From assembly GCA_963978095.1 (NCBI GenBank), contig CAXBQP010000003.1, forward strand, positions 1 through 64,000: a stretch of DNA of 64,000 bases. The letters are read 5' to 3'. The notes beneath the pieces were generated by a model. The model saw only the letters and a program-made list of their open reading frames with translations, made no database searches and had not been told where the DNA came from. The DNA is from an uncultured bacterium (lineage in GTDB: Bacteria > Gemmatimonadota > Gemmatimonadetes > Gemmatimonadales > Gemmatimonadaceae). Every line of letters begins with the position of its first letter. Within the stretch, counting starts at the first letter, position 1. Both the position numbers and the translations under genes were made by a program. Positions 1 to 10,670 of the stretch are shown in pieces.

Positions 1-53
1 GCGGCCGCGGCGGCGGCGGAGCGCTGGAGGAAGGTGCGGCGGGAGGTGGGCAT
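1..53 (-). CDS. 5' end of a Tat-exported protein (runs off window edge)
   Basis: Reverse strand from ATG at 53 reads MPTSRRTFLQRSAAAAA, a twin-arginine S-R-R-x-F-L signal motif. Confidence 0.7.
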   Translation of the reverse strand, partial: MPTSRRTFLQRSAAAAA

Positions 54-164
54 GGGGCGGGGCTCGGCCTATCGTGGGACTCCACGAGGAATGTCGCGCG
101 GGTGCCAGGAACGCGCTAGCGGGAGGCCTGGCGCTGCCGGCGGCGCCGATCCAACTTGAGATCA

Positions 165-2144
165 ATGGCCTCGAGCTACTACGAGATCCGATCGATCGCC
201 CACTTCGTCGCCGAGCCGGCGCCGGGGATTCTTGGGACGCTGGCGGAGGGCTCCGAGTTCGATGTGACCCAGGAGCAGCGCGATGCCTGGCGCGAGCAGA
301 TCGACATCCTGCACGAGGCACTGACGGGACTGAACGGGTCGGTCACTCTGGAGTACGTCGTCCCCCGTATCGGCAGTCGCGTCGACGCGGTCGTGATCCT
401 CGGCGCCGCCTTGGTGGTCATCGAGTTCAAGGTCGGGGCCAAGAAATTCGACATGAGCGGGATTGACCAGGTTTGGGATTACGCGCTCGACCTCAAGAAT
501 TTCCACGAAGCGAGCCACGCCGCGGCGATCTTTCCAATCCTCGTCGCGACCGATGCCAAGGCCGCAGACGACGAGTTCGGCGTGCCTTTTCGAGATTATG
601 TCTATCCACCCGCGCGATGCAATGCAGCGGGATTGCGTACGCTGCTACTCGACGCTGAGCGTCAAGCGAAGGGGGCCATCATCGATTCGGAGGCGTGGGC
701 CTCGGGTCGATATCGCCCGACCCCCACGATCATCGAGGCTGCACGAGCGCTTTATCGTGAGCATTCGGTTGAGTCGATCGCCCGCAATGATGCGGGGGCC
801 AAGAACCTCGTCGCCACTTCAGCATGCGTCGAGCGGATTGCGGATTCCGCGAAGGCGAATCGGGAGAAGGCGATCATCTTCGTCACTGGCGTTCCGGGGG
901 CAGGCAAGACGCTCGTGGGCTTGAATCTCGCCACCAAGCGATTGGACGCGGACGCACAGCACTCGGTCTTCCTGTCCGGGAACGGGCCGCTGGTCACGGT
1001 GCTGCGGGAGGCACTCGCGCTCGACTATGTCGAGCAGAAGGCGGCGACCGAGCAGAAGGTGAAGAAGGGTGATGCGCGCCGGATCGTCTCGACGTTCATC
1101 CAGAACATCCACCACTTCCGTGACGATGCGCTGCGCAGTGAGGAGGCACCGGGCGATCATCTCGTCATATTCGACGAGGCGCAGCGTGCGTGGGACCGCA
1201 AGCAGACTTCCGATTTCATGCGCCGTAAAAAGGGCCAACCGAACTTCAACGAATCGGAATCGGGGTTCCTGATCTCCTATCTTGACCGTCACGTCGATTG
1301 GGCCGTCATCGTGTGCCTGGTCGGTGGGGGTCAGGAGATCCACAAGGGCGAAGCCGGGATCTCGGCGTGGCTCGATGCCGCTCGGGAACGATTCCCGAGC
1401 TGGAGGATCCATCTCTCCTCGAAGCTCACGGAATCCGAGTACAAAGCAGAAGAGGCGATCGGACGTCTCGATGGTCGAGCCGGCGTCTCGTACGACAGCG
1501 ATCTCCACCTCTCGACCTCGATGCGCTCGTTCCGCGCCGAGCGACTGTCGGATCTCGTCCGCGCGATCCTGGATCTCGAGGTCGAGACGGCGCGAGGTTG
1601 CGCGCACGCGCTCTCTGAAAAGTACCCGATTGTCCTTACCCGCGACTTGAGCGCCGCCAAGGCATGGATTAAGCAGAATGCCCGTGGAACCGAACGTTTT
1701 GGCCTCGTGGCCTCGTCGGCTGCGCAGCGGCTCAAGCCGCATGCGATCGACGTCCGCGTGAAGATCGATCCTCGACACTGGTTCTTGAAAGGGCGCGACG
1801 ACACCCGCTCCAGCAACTACCTCGAGGACGCCGCCACCGAGTTCCAAGTGCAGGGTCTCGAGCTCGATTGGTCGCTCGTGACCTGGGACGCCGACCTTCG
1901 CTTTCAGAAGGGGGCGTGGACGTACAACGAGTTCAAAGGCTCGAAGTGGCAGACCGTCGGCGCCACCAATCCGATCCGCGAGCGCTACCTCCTGAACGCC
2001 TATCGCGTCCTTCTCACCCGCGCACGTCAAGGGATGGCCATCTTCATCCCGCCCGGCGACCCGGACGACCACACCCGCCCCCCGAAGTTCTACAACGAGA
2101 CCTTCGAGTACCTGGCCGGTTTGGGACTCCCGACCCTCCCCTGA
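165..2144 (+). CDS. DUF2075-family (Schlafen group 3-like) helicase with N-terminal PD-(D/E)XK-type nuclease domain
   Basis: N-terminal RVDAVV..VIEFKVG...QVWDY nuclease-like motifs; Walker A GVPGAGKT; Walker B DEAQR; C-terminal QGLELDW and NAYRVLLTRARQG helicase motifs. ATG at 165 preferred over TTG at 156. Confidence 0.85.
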   Translation: MASSYYEIRSIAHFVAEPAPGILGTLAEGSEFDVTQEQRDAWREQIDILHEALTGLNGSVTLEYVVPRIGSRVDAVVILGAALVVIEFKVGAKKFDMSGIDQVWDYALDLKNFHEASHAAAIFPILVATDAKAADDEFGVPFRDYVYPPARCNAAGLRTLLLDAERQAKGAIIDSEAWASGRYRPTPTIIEAARALYREHSVESIARNDAGAKNLVATSACVERIADSAKANREKAIIFVTGVPGAGKTLVGLNLATKRLDADAQHSVFLSGNGPLVTVLREALALDYVEQKAATEQKVKKGDARRIVSTFIQNIHHFRDDALRSEEAPGDHLVIFDEAQRAWDRKQTSDFMRRKKGQPNFNESESGFLISYLDRHVDWAVIVCLVGGGQEIHKGEAGISAWLDAARERFPSWRIHLSSKLTESEYKAEEAIGRLDGRAGVSYDSDLHLSTSMRSFRAERLSDLVRAILDLEVETARGCAHALSEKYPIVLTRDLSAAKAWIKQNARGTERFGLVASSAAQRLKPHAIDVRVKIDPRHWFLKGRDDTRSSNYLEDAATEFQVQGLELDWSLVTWDADLRFQKGAWTYNEFKGSKWQTVGATNPIRERYLLNAYRVLLTRARQGMAIFIPPGDPDDHTRPPKFYNETFEYLAGLGLPTLP

Positions 2145-2229
2145 GCACCGTTCCGATGCCACCGAAAGGGTTCGGTTAGACAGTCCGGACCAGAGTCGTT
2201 AGCTTAGCTGAAGTGTCCAGCTATCCCTC

Positions 2230-2460
2230 ATGACCCTTCCGACCCCGCTCATCTCCTCGAGTCCCGCCCGATTGGGTGGCGAGCCGTGCTTCACCGGCAC
2301 GCGAGTGCCGGTACGTACTCTCGTGGATTACATCGAGGGTGGCCATGATCTCTCGGAGTTCCTCGCCGATTTCCCTGACGTGTCGCGGGAACACGCGATC
2401 GCGGTCCTTGAGCTCGCGCGTCAGGCACTCGTCGGTCAGTCCGTTCAGAGCGTCGCGTAG
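2230..2460 (+). CDS. DUF433-family antitoxin
   Basis: 76 aa with GGEPCFTGTRVPV...FLADFPDV signature of DUF433; directly upstream of a PIN-like gene. Confidence 0.9.
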   Translation: MTLPTPLISSSPARLGGEPCFTGTRVPVRTLVDYIEGGHDLSEFLADFPDVSREHAIAVLELARQALVGQSVQSVA

Positions 2461-2474
2461 AGCAGGCTCCGAAC

Positions 2475-2798
2475 ATGCGGATTGTGCTGGATGCGTGCGT
2501 TCCGGCTGGATTCGCTAGGTTCCTCATCGGTCACGAAGTGACCACGGTGCACCGGCTCTTCGGCACGTCGAATCTCGACGACGGTCCTTTGCTCGACCTC
2601 CTCGCGCCGGTCTGTGATGTCTTCGTCACCGCAGACAAGAACCTCCCGTATCAGCAGAACTTGAGCGGGCGACCGTTCCCCGTCATTCTGCTGCGTGCGC
2701 ATTCGAACTCGCTGGAGCATCTCGCTCCGCTCGCTGTGACCGTTCTTCGCGTCTGCGATCGAGCAGTACCAGGCTCGCTCACTGTGGTCGGCGTGTGA
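2475..2798 (+). CDS. DUF5615 PIN-like (VapC45-type) toxin
   Basis: MRIVLDACVP...DDGPLL...FVTADKNL.YQQNL pattern; usual partner of DUF433. Confidence 0.85.
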   Translation: MRIVLDACVPAGFARFLIGHEVTTVHRLFGTSNLDDGPLLDLLAPVCDVFVTADKNLPYQQNLSGRPFPVILLRAHSNSLEHLAPLAVTVLRVCDRAVPGSLTVVGV

Positions 2799-5536
2799 AG
2801 CGGCCAGTGCGCACCTCTTTCTTCCTTCCCTACCGATCTCCCGTGCGCCTCCCCACGCCTGCCGCCCTCGCCTGCGCCCTCTCGCTCCTCCTGGCGCCTG
2901 CCTCGTCGCACGCACAGGTTCCTGTCGCCGTGACGCGAACCGCCGCGGACCCGGTCGCTCCCCTCCTCCAACACGGCGTCTCCCGCGAACTCGCCACCAC
3001 CCGCTTCGCCGCCATCAGCGACCTCCGCTACGATCTCTCCCTCGACGTCACCGCCCCCGACTCCGCCCTCGGACACGTCGCCATCCACTTCATGCGACAC
3101 GGCACCGGCGATGTCATCGTCGATTTCCGCGGCCGCCGGCTCACCTCACTCAGCGCCAACGGGACCACGCTCGACGCGAGCGCCTTCAACGGCAATCACA
3201 TCCGAGTCCCCGCCAAAGCCCTGCTCAACACCGAGAACGCCCTGGAGTTCTCCTTCGTCACCGACATCGCCGCCAACGGCGCCAGCATCATCAAGACCCA
3301 CGATACCGACGGCTCGGACTACCTCTACACCCTCCTCGTCCCCGCCGACGCGAATCAGCTCTTCCCCTGTTTCGACCAACCCGACCTCAAGGCGCGCGTC
3401 ACCTTCCACCTCCGCGCCCCACTGGAGTGGAACGTCATCGCCAACGGCTCCATCGCCAAGATCGAAACGGGCGCGGGAACGCGAACCACGCATTTCACCG
3501 AAACACGCCCCCTCTCCACCTACCTGATCGCCTTCGCCGCCGGCCCCTGGCAGCGCGCCACCTCCACCGTCAACGGACGCACCATCAGCGTCCTCGTGCG
3601 CCGCTCACGTTTCAAAGAGGCCGACACCGACTCGATCCTCGCGCTCAACCACCGCGCCATCACCTGGATGGAGCAGTACTTCAATCGCGCCTATCCGTTC
3701 GAGAAGTTCGACCTGCTCCTCGCCCCGGCCTTCCCCTTCGGCGGCATGGAACACCCGGGGCTCGTGATGTACAACGAGAACTCCTTCATCTTCCGCGATC
3801 GTCCCACCCTCGCCCGACGGCTCGGCCGCTTCTCCACCATCCTCCACGAAGTCGCCCACCAGTGGTTCGGCGATCTCGTCACCATGAAGTGGTTCGACGA
3901 CCTCTGGCTCAAGGAAGGGTTCGCCACCTACATGGCCGCCAAGGCCCAGTACTCGCTCGACTCCACCACCGGCGCCTGGAAGACCTTCTACCAAGGCAAC
4001 AAACCCACGGCCTACGGCGTCGATCAGACCACCGGCACCAACTCACTCTGGCAAAAACTCGGCAACCTCGATCAAGCCAAGTCCAACTACGGCCCGATCG
4101 TCTACAACAAAGCGCCGAGTGTGCTCAAGCAGCTGAACTACCTCGTGGGCGAGGATGCCTTCCAGTCCGGCGTGCGCAGCTTCCTCTCCACCCACGCCTA
4201 CGCCAACGCCACCTGGCAAGATCTCCTCAACGCCGTCGGCAAAGCCGCCACCAAACCGGGCAGCACCACGCCGTGGACGCGCACCATGGACGACTTCGGC
4301 ACGAACTTCATGCTGCGACCGGGCATGCCGATCGTCGAACAACACCTCACCATCAAGAACGGCAGGATCGCCGCGCTCGATCTGGTGCAACGCCCCGCCC
4401 AGCCGCTCTCCGGCACCGGCCCGTGGCCGATGCGCACCGAAGTGCTCCTCGCCTACGCCGGACAGCCAGCGGTGCGCATCCCCGTCGAGCTGCGCAACCG
4501 GACCACCACCGTCACCGCCGCCATCGGCAAGCCGGCCCCGCAGTTCGTCTTCGCCAACAGCAACGACTACGGCTACTTCCTCACCATCCTCGACAGCGCC
4601 AGCGTCAAGGCACTCGAAGACGGCGCGCTGGGCACGGTCCAGGACCCCTTCCTCCGCACCATGCTCTGGGGCGCGCTCTGGGATCAGGTCCGCGACGCGC
4701 AGTACGACCCGATCCGGTTCGCACGCCTCGCCCTCCGTGAACTCCCGCGCGAGAAGGACGAACAGATCTTCCCGAACATCCTCGGCCGCATGGTGCGGGC
4801 CGCCACCACCTACGCCGCCGACAGCGCACGCGAGATGCTCCGCCCGCGCATCGAGGACGCCCTCTGGGCCGGCGCGAACGACGCCGCTCTCCCCTTCGGC
4901 ATCCGGCGCGCCTACATCGACGCATACATCGGCGTCGCCAAGAGCGACGAGGCACTCGCGCATCTCACCGCGCTCTTGAATGCCGACAGCGTTGCCGGTG
5001 AGCCGATGCGCGATCCCACGCGCTGGAGCATCGTCGACCGCCTCACCGTCATCGACTACAAGGACGCGCCGCGTCTCCTCGCCACGCAGATCCTCCGCGA
5101 CACCACCCCCGACGGCCGCCGCCGCGCCTTCACCGCCGGCGCCGGACGCAAGAACGCCGAGGTCAAGAAGGACTACTTCACCCGCTACTTCTCCGACAAG
5201 ACTCTCAATGAAGATTGGGCAAGCGGTTCGCTCGGCATCTTCAACAGCGGCGACCACGCGGAACTAACGCTCCCGTACCTGCGGCCAGCCCTCGATTCGC
5301 TCCCGTACATCCAGGCGAATCGACGCATCTTCTTCCTCGGGAGTTGGCTCGGGGCCTTCATCGGTGGCCACAAGAGCGAAGCGGCACTCAAGACCGTACA
5401 GCAGTACCTCAGCGACAACCCCAAGCTTCCGCTGGACCTGCGCCAGAAAGTGCTGCAGAGCGCGGACGACCTGGAACGCACGGTGAAGATTCGCAAGCGC
5501 TGGAGTACCGCGCGTGCGACATCACCGGCGAAATAG
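2795..5536 (+). CDS. pepN: M1 family aminopeptidase (aminopeptidase N-like), probably exported
   Basis: GGMEH motif, HEVAHQWFGD zinc motif, LWLKEGFA downstream Glu, VYNKA; hydrophobic signal-like N-terminus. True start may be slightly downstream. Confidence 0.9.
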   Translation: MKRPVRTSFFLPYRSPVRLPTPAALACALSLLLAPASSHAQVPVAVTRTAADPVAPLLQHGVSRELATTRFAAISDLRYDLSLDVTAPDSALGHVAIHFMRHGTGDVIVDFRGRRLTSLSANGTTLDASAFNGNHIRVPAKALLNTENALEFSFVTDIAANGASIIKTHDTDGSDYLYTLLVPADANQLFPCFDQPDLKARVTFHLRAPLEWNVIANGSIAKIETGAGTRTTHFTETRPLSTYLIAFAAGPWQRATSTVNGRTISVLVRRSRFKEADTDSILALNHRAITWMEQYFNRAYPFEKFDLLLAPAFPFGGMEHPGLVMYNENSFIFRDRPTLARRLGRFSTILHEVAHQWFGDLVTMKWFDDLWLKEGFATYMAAKAQYSLDSTTGAWKTFYQGNKPTAYGVDQTTGTNSLWQKLGNLDQAKSNYGPIVYNKAPSVLKQLNYLVGEDAFQSGVRSFLSTHAYANATWQDLLNAVGKAATKPGSTTPWTRTMDDFGTNFMLRPGMPIVEQHLTIKNGRIAALDLVQRPAQPLSGTGPWPMRTEVLLAYAGQPAVRIPVELRNRTTTVTAAIGKPAPQFVFANSNDYGYFLTILDSASVKALEDGALGTVQDPFLRTMLWGALWDQVRDAQYDPIRFARLALRELPREKDEQIFPNILGRMVRAATTYAADSAREMLRPRIEDALWAGANDAALPFGIRRAYIDAYIGVAKSDEALAHLTALLNADSVAGEPMRDPTRWSIVDRLTVIDYKDAPRLLATQILRDTTPDGRRRAFTAGAGRKNAEVKKDYFTRYFSDKTLNEDWASGSLGIFNSGDHAELTLPYLRPALDSLPYIQANRRIFFLGSWLGAFIGGHKSEAALKTVQQYLSDNPKLPLDLRQKVLQSADDLERTVKIRKRWSTARATSPAK

Positions 5537-6157
5537 CCGCGACCTTGGCCCCGTCAGGCGCCGCGAGTCCGCCCATCCGTCGATCCCGTCGACGCGCACA
5601 TGCGTCCAGCCGGTGATCTGCTCTCCGATCAGCACGGTGTCGCCCTTGGCCAGCACCAAGAGCACCTTGGCACCGCGCTCCGATTTCTCTCGAACATTCA
5701 CCGGTAGTGCCACCACCGCGTGCTTCCACTCGGTGCTCTCGGGGGGCGCGGATCGTGCGGGCGCCGGTACCTTTGGCGCAACCCGCGCCGGTGCCACCGT
5801 AACAGACTGTGGTGTCGGCGCTACGGGAGTGGAAGCCGCCGGTATTAGGGTCGTCGAATCCGGGACGCCGGGTGCCGTGGTATCCGGCGCCGGCGCCACT
5901 TCCACCGGTATCACCCGCGCCGCGGCCGCCTTCCGGTCTGCTGCGGCCTGTCGCGACGTGCTCCAAGCGATCCACGCCCCGGCGACCACGAGCAGCGCGA
6001 GTCCCCCGATATACCAGGGAGCCTTGGGCTTCGGCGCCCGCACCGGCTCACTCGCCAGCCGCTCCTCCCGACTTGGGAAGGGGTGCTGACACCGCGGGCA
6101 TCGCGTCGCGATCTCAAGCGCCTTGGCGCCACAGTTGGAACAGGTGATATAGGCCAT
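5522..6157 (-). CDS. Zinc-ribbon + TM + Pro/Ala linker + bacterial SH3 domain protein
   Basis: CSNC..CPRC at N-terminus, hydrophobic helix, C-terminal VNVRE..S....VLLVLAKGDTV......GWTHV..DG..GW SH3b pattern. Confidence 0.75.
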   Translation of the reverse strand: MAYITCSNCGAKALEIATRCPRCQHPFPSREERLASEPVRAPKPKAPWYIGGLALLVVAGAWIAWSTSRQAAADRKAAAARVIPVEVAPAPDTTAPGVPDSTTLIPAASTPVAPTPQSVTVAPARVAPKVPAPARSAPPESTEWKHAVVALPVNVREKSERGAKVLLVLAKGDTVLIGEQITGWTHVRVDGIDGWADSRRLTGPRSRLFRR

Positions 6158-6208
6158 GTCGTCTCGGCGGAAGCTCCTGCGAGAGTGACGGATTCCCCCG
6201 GCGTCACG

Positions 6209-7243
6209 TCACGTCTCAGTCTCGTCACCAAGGCCCGGGCCGAGTTCGAGGAGGCGCTCGGCCGCGGGACCAGGCGCCGCCTCCACCCCGCGCAACTTCC
6301 GCTCCATCGCGCGGGTGCGACGCCCCGTTTCCTCGAGCGTCGTCCCCACGGTCGCCAACTGCTTCTGGGCCCGCGCGATCGTATCGTTGAACTTCCCGAA
6401 CTCGGCCTTCACCGCGCCGAGTAGCTCGCGGACTTCCCCCGCGCGCTGTTCGATCGCCAACGAATGGAAACCCACACGCAAGCTCGTCAGCAGCGCCGCG
6501 AGCGTGGTCGGCCCCGCAAGGTTCACGCGATACTCGCGCTGCATCTCCTCCAGCAACCCGGGCTCGCGCGCCACCTCGGCGAACAACGATTCCGTCGGCA
6601 GGAACATCACCGCGAAGTCCGTCGTGGTGGGCGGCTTCACATATTTGGAGCTGATATCCTTCGCGGCTTTCCGCACAGCGCGCATCAGGCCCTCACGCGC
6701 CACCCGCACGGTCTCCGCGTTGCCGCTCTCGGACGCATCGACCAACCGCAGGAAATCCTCCTGCGGGAACTTGGCATCGATCGGGAGATACAGCGGCGTC
6801 GCGGCACCATCGCGCCCCGGAAACCGTACCGCGTATTCCACCGATTCACGCGACGCCGGATCGGGGACGAAGTTCGCCACGTACTGCGCACTCGTCAGGA
6901 ACTGCTCGAGAATCCCCCCGAGCTGATATTCCCCCCAGATGCCACGCACCTTCACGTTGCCGAGCACTTTGCGAAGATCATCCATGCCGGAGGTGAGCGC
7001 CTGCATCTCGCCCAGTCCGCGCTGCAGGGCGGTGATCTGCGAGTCGAGCCGCGCGTTGATCTCGTTGCGCAAGTCACCGGCGGTGCGTTGCTGCTCCCCA
7101 CGTGACTGCTGGAGTTCGTCGCGCACGCGTTGCATGGCAGCCTCGACCTGAGCCGCCGGATCAACGGGACGTCGCAGCAAGACCACCGCCAGGATGATGA
7201 GCTGCAGCACCACCGCGGCGCCAACCAGCAGTTCCGTGGACAT
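6209..7243 (-). CDS. rmuC: DNA recombination protein RmuC
   Basis: N-terminal TM and coiled coil; KVRGIWGE, LPIDAKFP, TTDFAVMFLPTESLF, GPTTLAALL motifs. Confidence 0.92.
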   Translation of the reverse strand: MSTELLVGAAVVLQLIILAVVLLRRPVDPAAQVEAAMQRVRDELQQSRGEQQRTAGDLRNEINARLDSQITALQRGLGEMQALTSGMDDLRKVLGNVKVRGIWGEYQLGGILEQFLTSAQYVANFVPDPASRESVEYAVRFPGRDGAATPLYLPIDAKFPQEDFLRLVDASESGNAETVRVAREGLMRAVRKAAKDISSKYVKPPTTTDFAVMFLPTESLFAEVAREPGLLEEMQREYRVNLAGPTTLAALLTSLRVGFHSLAIEQRAGEVRELLGAVKAEFGKFNDTIARAQKQLATVGTTLEETGRRTRAMERKLRGVEAAPGPAAERLLELGPGLGDETET

Positions 7244-7247
7244 CCGC

Positions 7248-10200
7248 TTACGGCTTCTTGTCGAAGATGGTGGTCGATTTCACATCCGTCTTCAGCGCAT
7301 CGTCGTTGACCCAATACGCAGGGCCGAACGGCACGGCCTTGGGCCAGAGCTCGTCCAACGAGAAACCGTCGTACAACCGTCCGCCCTTCATCACGTACTT
7401 GATGTCGAGCGTGTTCCGGATGTTCTCGAGGGGATTCGCATTCAGGATCATCAAGTCCGCCAGTTTGCCGACCTCGATCGATCCCAGGTCTTTGTCGGCG
7501 CCCAGGAACTTGGCCCCATGAAGCGATGCGACTTCCAGTGCACCATGGTTGCCGAGCGCGGAGGCTCCCATCCACACTTCCCAGTGAGGGGCGAGTCCAT
7601 GATGCTCACCGTGCGATCCAACCGCACCGTAGCCGCCGTTGGCGATGATGTCCGCCATGGACTGCGCGAGCAGGGGATAACTGTAATCCGTCTCCGGCCG
7701 CAACGTCCGCGTGCGAAGCTCGGGGACGAGCGCACGCCACGGGAACCAGCGGCGCTGTTTCGCGTCCTTCCACCAGTCCGCGATTCCGAACCAGTACTCG
7801 ATGTTCCACGACTGCGGTCCGGCCACGACCAGCGTCGGCGAGTAGGTCGCCCCTGCCATGCCGAGGAACTTGGCGCCGTCGGCATACATCGGCACTTCGC
7901 TGAACGGATGCTCGAACCCGGTCTGTCCGTCCATGATCATGCCGAGGTCTTCAAAGAAGTCGCTCCCCTCGGATGTCACATTGAGGCCCGCGACTCGTGC
8001 CGCATCGGTGATCCATTGGCGCTGGTCGCGGCGTGGTTGCGCGTACTGTTTGATCTGCGTCGCCCCCCAATCGGCCAAGCGACGCACCGTGGCCTGCGCC
8101 GCCGCGTAGTTGGCGATCTCATTCGTGCGCGCGCCGTCGCCGGCGCTCACGTTGTCGCCGGTGCTGAACCCGCGCGGACCGATCATCGCGCCGGACTCGA
8201 TCATCTCGGCGGTCGGGAACACGTTCTGGCTCCACGTGCTCACGTCCATCGTCGTGGTGACGCCGTACGCCAGATAGATCGCCTGCTCGAAGTCATGCGC
8301 CGGACGCATGCCGCGCCATTCGCGGTAGTGGTGGGAGTGCATGTCCACCCACCCCGGAATGATGGTCTTTCCCCTCGCGTCGATCACTTTGTCCGCGCCC
8401 ACCGTGCTGCACGTCCCCACACAGCTGATGCGGCTCCCCTTCACCACGATCGTCCCGCGTTCGATCACCTTGCGATGGTCGAGCGTCACGATTCGCGCGT
8501 TCGTCAGCGCCACCGTCCCTTGCGGCGTCGCGCGGGGCGCGCTCACCGTGAGCGTCAGCGTATCGGTCTTCTTGCTCTCGAGATGGTGCACGAAGAAGCG
8601 GTTCCCGCTCCCCCACTCGAGGGTGCGCGCGTTGCGCCAGCGTGGGAAGATCCCACCATCGCGCGAGAGTTGCGTCACCGGAAAAGCGCCACGCCGCTTC
8701 TGCACGTCCTGCGGCATACCACCGAGCCCGCCCCAGGCGAGCGGCGTGAGGAACACATTGTCCCCCTCCTGGAACGCCAACCACTGTCCATCCGGGCTCG
8801 GCACCATTTCGTCGGCGGCCGGGAAGGTCACATGCACCTGTCGATCGCTGCCGTCGGGCTTCACGCTCACGAGCGCGGTTCCGCCACCGCGACCGTTCGC
8901 CCCAGCGCGCTCGTCCGGCCAGAAGAGTCGTCCCTCGGGACCAAAGCTCGGGCGCAACAGCTGACGGCGCGCTTCGCCACCGACACTTTGTCCCGTGGGA
9001 CGCGTCACCGTGGTGATCACCGCGCCCGTGTCATTCCCCGCAGCGGAATAGCGCACGAGGTCGAACCAGGCATTGTGCGTCACGGTGCGTCCGCGCGCCG
9101 TGGCCCCTTCGCCACGCGCCACCACCACGGAACGTCCGTCAGGACTCCACACCGGATCCACGAAGTCCGCCGCCTCGCTCGAGAGCTTCACCGGCGCGCC
9201 GCCCGCGGCGCTCACCTTCCAGAGCTGCATCCGGTTGCCGTCATCGATCGACACGAACGCCACCCACTGTCCGTCGGGGCTCCACGCCGGCGCATACTCC
9301 AGCGGCGTGAAGCTGGCCGGCGTCAATCGCTGCGGCGTGCCATTCGTAGCATTTTGCACATAAATACGTCCCAGCGCCTGGAACGCCACACGCCGTCCAT
9401 CCGCGCTCGCCGCCGGCCAGCGCACGAACTGCGCCTGCACCGCGTCGTCGGTGATCCGGAACTCCTTGCGCGCCATCTCACTGATCGTGCGCTGCACCTT
9501 GGCCGAGAAATCGATCGTGCGCACCGCGCCGGTCGAGATCTCGAGTCGACGCAGATGCCCCCCCTGCGTGATCACGATGCTCTTGCCGTCCGCGGCCCAC
9601 GTGTAGCGCGGCAGTACGCCGAGCGTCTTGCTCCCGCTCGTGACGATCGGATCAATCGGGTCCATCACCAGCTTCTCGGCTCCGGTCTTCATGTCGCGCA
9701 GCCAGAGCGCGGTGCGCGGGCCGTATTTGTGTCCCTTGAACTCGAGCAGCCCGTCGGGGATCTGCCGTGCGAAGGCGAGCCAGCGTCCGTCGGGGGAGAT
9801 TTCGGGCGCCGCAGCGCCACCGCTCGAAAAGCGTCCCGCCGCGGCGCCCACGCTCTCACCGTTCGTCACGTCGACGATCTCCCCCGTCTTGAATTCCATC
9901 CGGCGGAGCTGCATCCCGCCGGCGAGCATGTCCTTGTCGGTCACGGCGGGCATGGTGACGTGATAGTACAGATACCTCCCGTCGCGGCTCAGCGAGGGCC
10001 ACACACCGCCCGCGACGAGCATCACCCCCTGGCCGCCGTCCTTGTGGTACATGGCCAGTCCGGCGCCACCGCCTCCGCCCCCCTCACCACCACCGCGCCC
10101 ACCACGTCGCACCACGATGTATTGCCCATCAGGGGTCCAAGCAGGTTCGGCCGCCGTGGTGTTCAGATCGGTGTAGACAGGGCGCGGATTCTTGCCGTCG

Positions 10201-10595
10201 GCGTCCATCACCCAGAGGTTGTTCTGTCCCCGGCGATCACTGATGAAGGCGATCGACTTGCCGTCGGGGGAGATCCGCGGTTGATAGTTCAGCGCCACGC
10301 CACTGCTCTGCGTCAGCGACTCGGCGGCCCCACCGGTGGCCCTCACGCGATAGATGTGCCCGAGCAGGTCGAAGTAGATCCACTGCGCATCGGCGCTGAT
10401 ATCGGCCGACATCCAGGTCCCTTCCGTGGTGGTGAAGGAGATATCGCGCGTCTTGCCGCGAGCCTGGGTGACATCCCATCGGGACGTCCCGCTGTCGGCC
10501 GCGGCCCCGCCGCCCCGTTGTGCGGCGGCCGGTGCGGCGATCATCCCCGACACCACTGCCGTCATCAGCACCGCTCGGATCTGCTGCCATGCCAT
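7248..10595 (-). CDS. Exported amidohydrolase with N-terminal PD40/TolB-like propeller repeats
   Basis: Signal peptide; repeated SPDG motifs; PGWVDMHSH metal site; GSIEVGKLADL C-terminal amidohydrolase motif. Confidence 0.9.
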   Translation of the reverse strand: MAWQQIRAVLMTAVVSGMIAAPAAAQRGGGAAADSGTSRWDVTQARGKTRDISFTTTEGTWMSADISADAQWIYFDLLGHIYRVRATGGAAESLTQSSGVALNYQPRISPDGKSIAFISDRRGQNNLWVMDADGKNPRPVYTDLNTTAAEPAWTPDGQYIVVRRGGRGGGEGGGGGGAGLAMYHKDGGQGVMLVAGGVWPSLSRDGRYLYYHVTMPAVTDKDMLAGGMQLRRMEFKTGEIVDVTNGESVGAAAGRFSSGGAAAPEISPDGRWLAFARQIPDGLLEFKGHKYGPRTALWLRDMKTGAEKLVMDPIDPIVTSGSKTLGVLPRYTWAADGKSIVITQGGHLRRLEISTGAVRTIDFSAKVQRTISEMARKEFRITDDAVQAQFVRWPAASADGRRVAFQALGRIYVQNATNGTPQRLTPASFTPLEYAPAWSPDGQWVAFVSIDDGNRMQLWKVSAAGGAPVKLSSEAADFVDPVWSPDGRSVVVARGEGATARGRTVTHNAWFDLVRYSAAGNDTGAVITTVTRPTGQSVGGEARRQLLRPSFGPEGRLFWPDERAGANGRGGGTALVSVKPDGSDRQVHVTFPAADEMVPSPDGQWLAFQEGDNVFLTPLAWGGLGGMPQDVQKRRGAFPVTQLSRDGGIFPRWRNARTLEWGSGNRFFVHHLESKKTDTLTLTVSAPRATPQGTVALTNARIVTLDHRKVIERGTIVVKGSRISCVGTCSTVGADKVIDARGKTIIPGWVDMHSHHYREWRGMRPAHDFEQAIYLAYGVTTTMDVSTWSQNVFPTAEMIESGAMIGPRGFSTGDNVSAGDGARTNEIANYAAAQATVRRLADWGATQIKQYAQPRRDQRQWITDAARVAGLNVTSEGSDFFEDLGMIMDGQTGFEHPFSEVPMYADGAKFLGMAGATYSPTLVVAGPQSWNIEYWFGIADWWKDAKQRRWFPWRALVPELRTRTLRPETDYSYPLLAQSMADIIANGGYGAVGSHGEHHGLAPHWEVWMGASALGNHGALEVASLHGAKFLGADKDLGSIEVGKLADLMILNANPLENIRNTLDIKYVMKGGRLYDGFSLDELWPKAVPFGPAYWVNDDALKTDVKSTTIFDKKP

Positions 10596-10670
10596 AGAAT
10601 CGTCCCCTCGATGGTGAAGGTCCCGCTGACCTGGGTGAACGCGTGGTGTGGAATCCCTCGTCCCGAATTC

